The notes under the pieces are model-generated. The model saw only the letters and a program-made list of their open reading frames with translations. It ran no database searches and was not told where the DNA came from. From NCBI GenBank assembly GCA_937980385.1, contig CALJPV010000005.1:87429-151428 (forward strand): 64,000 bases of DNA, given 5' to 3'. The position numbers and the translations under genes were made by a program. This DNA is from an uncultured Collinsella sp. (GTDB lineage: Bacteria > Actinomycetota > Coriobacteriia > Coriobacteriales > Coriobacteriaceae). This document shows positions 58,445 through 64,000 of this stretch, in pieces (position 1 is the first letter of the stretch; each line of letters starts with the position of its first letter).

Positions 58445-60520
58445 CTAACGCAGGTAAGCCTTCGCGTTGCCCAGGCTGTAGGCGATCGTTGAGCCGTTAT
58501 GCAGCAGTGACGACGTCTGCGGAGTGATCATGCCGGTAATACCCAATGCCAACAGCGCCGAGTTTGTGAGCATCACCTTGGAATACGAACTCGTCAGACG
58601 GTCAATAAGCCCCTGGCTCATGCGGCGCAGGCGCACGATCGCGGCCAGATCCGTATCGGTCAGGATGATATCGGCGACCTCCTTGGCGATGTCGCTTCCG
58701 CCGCCCATGGCCAGCCCCACGTCGGCCAAACCGAGCGCCGGCGAATCGTTGACGCCGTCGCCCACCATGGCAACGTGGCGCCCCTCGCGCTTAATCCGCT
58801 CCACATAGGCGTACTTGTCCTCGGGCAGCAGCTCGGCCTTAAACTCGTCGACACCTGCCTCGCGAGCAATGCGCTCGGCCGTGCGCTCCGAGTCGCCCGT
58901 GAGCATAACCACGTGTTTAACGCCCAACGCATGCAGGTCGGCGATGGCCTCACGGACCCCGGGCTTGAGCGGATCCTCGATACCGAGCACGCCCACAACG
59001 GTGCCATCGACCGCCAGGTACAGCGGCGACAAGCCCTGCATCTGGAGCTCGATTTGCTCCTTAATGTCGGACTCGAGCTGCGCGCCCTCATCCTCAAATA
59101 CAAAGTGCGCGGAACCGATGATGGCGCGACGTCCCTCGATGGACGAGGCAATGCCGTGTGCCACGATGTACTCGACCGCAGCGTGACGCTCGCGGTGCTC
59201 GAGCCCGCGTTCGCGCGCTGCATTGACCACGGCGCGTGCAACCGGATGCGGGAAATGCTCCTCCAAGCAAGCGGAAAGGCGCAGGACCTCGTCCTCGCTC
59301 CAGCCATCAGTCGTCAGCACGCAAGCCAGGCGCGGCTGTGCCTCGGTAAGCGTGCCGGTCTTATCAAACACAATGGTGTCGGCCTTGGCAAACGACTCAA
59401 AGTACTTCGCGCCCTTGACCATGACGCCCATCTTGGCAGCATCGCTCATAGCGGTCATGACGGCAACGGAACCCGTGAGCTTGAGTGCGCACGAGTAGTC
59501 GACCATCAGCGCCGCTGAGGTCTTGATGAGGCTACGCGTGGTGAACGCAACAAGGCCCGCGAGCAGGAAGTTCCACGGGACGATCTTGTTGGCAAGGTCC
59601 TCCATATGCGACTGGCCCTCGGACTTAAGCGAGTCGGCCGTCTGCACGAGCGAGACGATTGAGCGCAACTTGGTTTGCGCCGTATTGGCGCGCACGCGCA
59701 CCAGGATGCTGCCGTCTTCCACGACGGTGCCGGCGAACACGTCGTCGCCCGCGCTGCGCTCGACGGCAAGCGGCTCGCCGGTCAGGGTCGCCTGGTTGAC
59801 CATGGCGCTCCCCTGCTCGACCACGCCGTCAATGCAGATGGACATGCCGGTGCGCACGGCTACCAAGTCGCCAGGCTCAAGCTCGGTAGCGGCAACGCTC
59901 ACCTCGGTGTCGCCGACCACCTTTTGTGCCTTGTCGGGCACATCGAGCAGCGAGTTGATGAGCTCGTTTTCGCTCATGGCGCGGGTGTAGTCCTCGAGCA
60001 GCTCGCCCACGTTGAGCAGGAACATTGTCTGACCCGCGGTGTCGACATCACGCTTGACGAACGAAATGCCGATGGCCGAAGCGTCGAGTACGGGAACGGT
60101 CAGGCGCGGCTGCGCCAGCTCATGAAGGGCAGCGCGCAAAAATGCCATGTAACCGGCCACGACAAACACCGCGCGCAGAGGCGTCGGCAAGAACCAGCGA
60201 CGTGCGTAATGGGCACCGACGAGTGTCGCCAGGTCCATAACGAGTTTGTGCTTGCGCGGCTCGAGTTGCATCACGTAGCCCGACTTGGCATCGGCGATAG
60301 CTTGAGCATCGAGTGCGCCCAAGGCGTCGAGTACGCTCGCGCGGCGCGACTCGTCGTACTCCAGCGCCATCTGGCCAATGCGACCATACACGCGCACTTT
60401 GCGCACACCATCGATTTCGCCACTGAGCTTTAGAAGCGCATCGAGATCGCTCTCTGGCACAGGACCCGCCAACTGGAGGCGGGTCCTGCCGGGGATCTCG
60501 CTGATAATCGAGAATCTCAT
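58445..60520 (-). CDS. P1B-type (heavy-metal family) P-type ATPase, atypical
   Basis: DKTGTLT phosphorylation site, TGE, MLTGD, GDGVNDSPAL; TM6 has YSCAL instead of canonical CPC; N-terminal HMA-like fold without CxxC; 691 aa. Confidence 0.8.
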   Translation of the reverse strand: MRFSIISEIPGRTRLQLAGPVPESDLDALLKLSGEIDGVRKVRVYGRIGQMALEYDESRRASVLDALGALDAQAIADAKSGYVMQLEPRKHKLVMDLATLVGAHYARRWFLPTPLRAVFVVAGYMAFLRAALHELAQPRLTVPVLDASAIGISFVKRDVDTAGQTMFLLNVGELLEDYTRAMSENELINSLLDVPDKAQKVVGDTEVSVAATELEPGDLVAVRTGMSICIDGVVEQGSAMVNQATLTGEPLAVERSAGDDVFAGTVVEDGSILVRVRANTAQTKLRSIVSLVQTADSLKSEGQSHMEDLANKIVPWNFLLAGLVAFTTRSLIKTSAALMVDYSCALKLTGSVAVMTAMSDAAKMGVMVKGAKYFESFAKADTIVFDKTGTLTEAQPRLACVLTTDGWSEDEVLRLSACLEEHFPHPVARAVVNAARERGLEHRERHAAVEYIVAHGIASSIEGRRAIIGSAHFVFEDEGAQLESDIKEQIELQMQGLSPLYLAVDGTVVGVLGIEDPLKPGVREAIADLHALGVKHVVMLTGDSERTAERIAREAGVDEFKAELLPEDKYAYVERIKREGRHVAMVGDGVNDSPALGLADVGLAMGGGSDIAKEVADIILTDTDLAAIVRLRRMSQGLIDRLTSSYSKVMLTNSALLALGITGMITPQTSSLLHNGSTIAYSLGNAKAYLR

Positions 60521-60538
60521 AGTTTGTGCCTGGGAGTG

Positions 60539-60784
60539 CTACTCGGCTGCCTTGTCCGCAGCGGCCTCGCTCTGGGTGATGTAGGCCGCCTCGGCAACCA
60601 TGTCGTCGACATTAGCCTTGGCCTGCTCGACCATGTCCTGGTAGCAGTTCTTGACGCGCATACCGCACGCGATACCCTGCACGCAGGCATTCTTTACCGG
60701 AGCGCTGGTGAGCAGCTTGATGCCGGCCGTGCCAAGCAGAAAACCGCCACCGACAAGCAAGGTGTTAAACGTCGACTTCTTCAT
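60539..60784 (-). CDS. small membrane-anchored protein adjacent to P-type ATPase
   Basis: AAGGGAGAAG RBS; MKKSTFNTLLVGGGFLLGTAGIKLL hydrophobic N-terminus; CVQGIACGM; 81 aa; stop 19 nt before ATPase start. Confidence 0.5.
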   Translation of the reverse strand: MKKSTFNTLLVGGGFLLGTAGIKLLTSAPVKNACVQGIACGMRVKNCYQDMVEQAKANVDDMVAEAAYITQSEAAADKAAE

Positions 60785-60979
60785 GTTGCTTCTCCCTTTT
60801 GCCGCATTGGACGCGGCACGGTGCCTCAGCACCCGAGTAAATAAGTTTGCTCGAGCACACTTTTAGAAAATAGTTTAGTTTATCTAACTATTGAGGTCAA
60901 CAAAGGTTAACTTTTTGGAAATCTTGAGGCGCGATATGACCAAGGGAACCGCCCCTGCGCCACATCCACAAAAACGAGG

Positions 60980-61313
60980 GCGCCAACGACGCCCTCATCA
61001 CCAAATTCCATTCAGCCCCGCCTGACCCGAACGGCCGAGTCGTCACGGAACCCGGGAGCCCCGGCAGGGCGGGTGCTTGCTCAAAATGAGTTCCCCTCAA
61101 AACAATGGGCGTGCCAACGGCGCGCCCATTCACTCTATTCCATTCAGCCTACCTGACCCGAACGGCCGAGTCGTCACGGAACCGAGGGGCCGGGCGCAGG
61201 GCCTTGCCTCTCAATGAGTTCCGCACGAACAGGAGGCGCCAGTGGCGCCTCCGTCGTGAGTCAGGACTGTCCGAAATTGAGAGGCAAGGCCCTGCGCCCG
61301 GCCCCTCGGTTCC
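60980..61313. repeat. imperfect ~128-nt tandem duplication (60980-61107, 61108-61237) followed by 38-bp perfect inverted repeat (61178-61215 / 61276-61313) with nested GGAGGCGCC/GGCGCCTCC hairpin
   Basis: Shared blocks ATTCCATTCAGCC..CCTGACCCGAACGGCCGAGTCGTCACGGAACC in both copies; IR GGAACCGAGGGGCCGGGCGCAGGGCCTTGCCTCTCAAT and exact reverse complement. Confidence 0.75.
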
Positions 61314-61316
61314 CGC

Positions 61317-62987
61317 TTACGAGAGCGACGTTCTCAGCAACTCGTTGAAGAGCTTCGGGTTGCCCTTGCCGCGGCTCGCCTTCATGCACTGGCCCACCAA
61401 AAAGCCGATGACCTTCTGGTTGCCGTCACGATACTGCTGCGCCTGATCGGCACAGTTTGCCAGCACCTCGTCCACAATCGGCTGCAGCGCGCCGGCATCG
61501 CTCACCTGACGCATACCGCGCTCGTCGACGATCTTGTTGGGGTCGTCGCCGGTCTGGGCCATGGCCTCAAAGACCTCGTGCGCCTGGTTGGAGCTGATGG
61601 CATCGGTCGCGAGCAACTTGGCAAGAGCTGCCACCTGAGCCGGCGCGATGCCGGACTCGGCCAGCGAGACGCCCGCGCCCTTAAGGTAGGCGATCATCTC
61701 GTTCACCAGCAGGTTTGCGACCGTCTGGGCCTCCTTGCCAGCCATACCGGCAGCGGCGGCCTCAAAGAACTCGGCAAACTCCGGGTCGCCGGCGATCTGC
61801 TCGGCATCGGCCGTCTTAATGCCAAAGTCGGCCTCAAAACGGGCGCGCTTGGCATCGGGCAGCTCGGGGATCTCGCCACGGCAGCGGTCGATGAACTCGT
61901 CGTCCAGATCGAACGGCGCCAGATCGGGGTCGGGGAACAGGCGGTAGTCGTCGGCCGTCTCCTTCACACGCATGACCACGGTGCGCTTGCGGCTGGGCTC
62001 CCAGTGGCGGGTCTCCTGATAGATGATGCCGCCCTCCTCGAGCACCTCGGCCTGGCGGCAAATCTCGTAGGCAAGGCCATCATGCAGACTCTTAAACGAG
62101 TTGAGGTTCTTAAGCTCGGTCTTGGTGCCCAGCTTGGTCTCGCCGCGGCGACGCAGCGACACGTTGCCGTCGCAGCGCATGGAACCCTTCTCCATGGAGC
62201 AGTCCGAAATGCCCAGCGTCACAAAGATGCGACGGAGCTTCTCCATAAACAGGCGGGCCTCCTCGGGCGTGCGCAAGTCGGGCTCAGTCACGAGCTCAAT
62301 CAAAGGCGTGCCGCAGCGGTTGTAGTCGACGAGCGACTCGGCCGCGGCGGTAATGCGGCCCTCGGCACCGCCCACGTGCACCATCTTGGCGGCGTCCTCC
62401 TCCATGTGGATGCGAAGGATACGGATGGGCACCGTGTAGGAACCGTCCTCGCGACGCTCGGGCATCTGCAGGTTGGACGCGTCATAGCTGGCCAGATGGC
62501 CGGCGCGCTGGTTGCCCTCGCGCATGGTCGACGTCATGGACGTGGACAGGCCCTCGGCGTTGGCCGAGGCGCTCGCCAGGCTCTGGGCCTCGCCAAATGC
62601 GCAGTCGGGGCGCTCGGCGGCACCGCGACCGGTCACGTCCAGGTCCAGGTGACCGTACATGGCAAAGGCGACCGGGCCCTGCGTGGTCTGGAAGTTCTTG
62701 GCCATATCGGGATAGAAGTAGTGCTTGCGGTAGAACATCGAGTGGCGCTGGATCTCGCAGTTGGTGGCGAGACCGGCCTTGACGATGCTCTCGATGGCGC
62801 GCTTGTTGGGCACCGGCAAGGCGCCGGGCAGGCCCAGGCACACCGGGCACACGTTGGCGTTGGGTTCGTCATCGTGGCTGAGCTTGCAGTTGCAGAACAT
62901 CTTGGTATCGAGTGCGGTGAGCTCGGTATGAATCTCCAGGCCGATCACGGCCTCCCAATCCTGCAGGACCTCGGAAAGCTCCTTCAT
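61317..62987 (-). CDS. gatB: Asp-tRNA(Asn)/Glu-tRNA(Gln) amidotransferase subunit B, with ~55-aa low-complexity insertion
   Basis: MKELSEVLQDWEAVIGLEIHTEL...CPVCLGLPGALP; 556 aa versus ~480 typical. Confidence 0.9.
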   Translation of the reverse strand: MKELSEVLQDWEAVIGLEIHTELTALDTKMFCNCKLSHDDEPNANVCPVCLGLPGALPVPNKRAIESIVKAGLATNCEIQRHSMFYRKHYFYPDMAKNFQTTQGPVAFAMYGHLDLDVTGRGAAERPDCAFGEAQSLASASANAEGLSTSMTSTMREGNQRAGHLASYDASNLQMPERREDGSYTVPIRILRIHMEEDAAKMVHVGGAEGRITAAAESLVDYNRCGTPLIELVTEPDLRTPEEARLFMEKLRRIFVTLGISDCSMEKGSMRCDGNVSLRRRGETKLGTKTELKNLNSFKSLHDGLAYEICRQAEVLEEGGIIYQETRHWEPSRKRTVVMRVKETADDYRLFPDPDLAPFDLDDEFIDRCRGEIPELPDAKRARFEADFGIKTADAEQIAGDPEFAEFFEAAAAGMAGKEAQTVANLLVNEMIAYLKGAGVSLAESGIAPAQVAALAKLLATDAISSNQAHEVFEAMAQTGDDPNKIVDERGMRQVSDAGALQPIVDEVLANCADQAQQYRDGNQKVIGFLVGQCMKASRGKGNPKLFNELLRTSLS

Positions 62988-64000
62988 TACAGCTCGCCTC
63001 CCTTCCCGGCAAAATCGGGCGCGACGGAAAGCGCGGGCGCACCCGTGGCGGCATCCGCAAAGCCGCGCTCCAAGGCGCGGGCAAACGTGAGCAGCTGGCG
63101 GTCCTTAAACGCCGGACCAACCAGCTGGGCAGAAACGGGCAGCTGAGTATCCTCGCCCAGGCCCAGCGGCACCGAGATACCGCCGTTGCCGCAAATGTTG
63201 AGCGAAATGGTGTACAGGTCGGAGAGATACATCTGCGTGGGGTCGCTAATCTCGCCAAACTTAAAGGCCGTGCGCGGCGAGGCGGGCATGAGGATGGTGT
63301 CCACCTTGGCATACGCGGCGTCGTAGTCCTGCGTGATGAGCGTGCGGGCCTTTTGCGCGGCGTAGTAGTACTTGTCGTACACGCCCGAGCTCAGCAGGTA
63401 GGCGCCGAGCATCTGACGGCGCTTGGCCTCGGCGCCAAAGCCGTGGGCGCGCGAGAGCGAGCTCTGGTCGGACAGGTTGGCGCAGCCCTCCTCCTGATAG
63501 CCGTAGCGAATGCCGTCGAAGCGAGCCAGGTTGGAGAACGCCTCGGCCGGGCCGATGACGTAGTAGGCGGCGATGGCGGCGTCCAGGTGCGGCAGGTCGA
63601 CCTCGACCAGCTCGGCGCCCTGGTTCTGAAGCTCCTGGGCGGCACGCTGAACGGCGGCCTTGACCTCGGGCGTCAGGCCCTCGGCCTCCATAAACGCGGG
63701 GATGATGCCCACGCGCTTGCCCTCGATGCTGTCGTTGAGATGCTCGGTAAAGTCGACGGCGCAATCCTGGCTGGTGCAGTCGTACGGATCGTGGCCCGCG
63801 CCGGTAAGCGCGTTCATGGCCAGCGCGACATCCTCGACCGTGCGGCCAAAGGGGCCCACCTGGTCGAGCGACGAGCCAAAGGCAACCACGCCGTAACGGC
63901 TCACGGCGCCATACGTGGGCTTAAAGCCCACCACGCCGCACAGCGACGCCGGCTGACGGATGGAGCCGCCGGTGTCCGAGCCCAGCGAGAGCGCGACCTC
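62987..64000 (-). CDS. gatA: Glu-tRNA(Gln) amidotransferase subunit A, 3' portion (start beyond window)
   Basis: Amidase-signature family sequence ...GGSSGGSA-like region reading to window edge; stop overlaps gatB start. Confidence 0.85.
   Translation of the reverse strand, partial: EVALSLGSDTGGSIRQPASLCGVVGFKPTYGAVSRYGVVAFGSSLDQVGPFGRTVEDVALAMNALTGAGHDPYDCTSQDCAVDFTEHLNDSIEGKRVGIIPAFMEAEGLTPEVKAAVQRAAQELQNQGAELVEVDLPHLDAAIAAYYVIGPAEAFSNLARFDGIRYGYQEEGCANLSDQSSLSRAHGFGAEAKRRQMLGAYLLSSGVYDKYYYAAQKARTLITQDYDAAYAKVDTILMPASPRTAFKFGEISDPTQMYLSDLYTISLNICGNGGISVPLGLGEDTQLPVSAQLVGPAFKDRQLLTFARALERGFADAATGAPALSVAPDFAGKGGEL

Noticed and set aside
61578-63146. 522-aa + strand ORF
   Set aside because: Antisense to gatB/gatA.

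Overview
High-GC (about 65%) chromosomal window from an actinobacterial, probably Coriobacteriia-like, gut anaerobe. The backbone is housekeeping and carbon metabolism. It contains a carbonyl-reduction cluster (three aldo/keto reductases (AKRs), an Fe-ADH and a Tat-lipoprotein flavodoxin), guaA, ansA and ychF. It also holds a GH4 6-phospho-glucosidase with its PTS EIICB under a GntR regulator, and a glycerol/diol module of two tandem gldA paralogues, an Fe-ADH and a 4Fe-4S protein. Further genes are a fused MurT-GatD lipid II amidotransferase, tRNA-Glu, glnN, metF with a split metH, a UPF0210 protein, yhbY, nagB, crr, glmM, rplM-rpsI, a patatin-like lipase, tmRNA, a PIN/RHH toxin-antitoxin pair, a P1B-type ATPase, and gatB with the 3' part of gatA. 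Between the Fe-ADH terminator (about 5.85 kb) and the guaA terminator (about 15.25 kb) lies a roughly 9.4-kb, compositionally mosaic, lower-GC accessory island with no integrase or transposase. It carries three class-I SAM methyltransferases, a low-GC split hypothetical gene and a complete Type III restriction-modification system (mod upstream of res). The mod 5' region is split from a 91-codon N-terminal ORF by a G8 homopolymer frameshift, the signature of a phase-variable Type III mod. An RHH gene and a TACGTAATTACGTA palindrome array lie upstream. Other notable items are several long perfect palindromes and repeat arrays, a duplicated tRNA-Glu 3' end, a frameshifted XRE regulator with a perfect 24-bp operator palindrome, a large AAA-ATPase/BTAD regulator, and two translationally coupled proteins of unknown function upstream of murT-gatD. 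No CRISPR array, rRNA or IS element was seen. Many long antisense ORFs in the track are high-GC artefacts.
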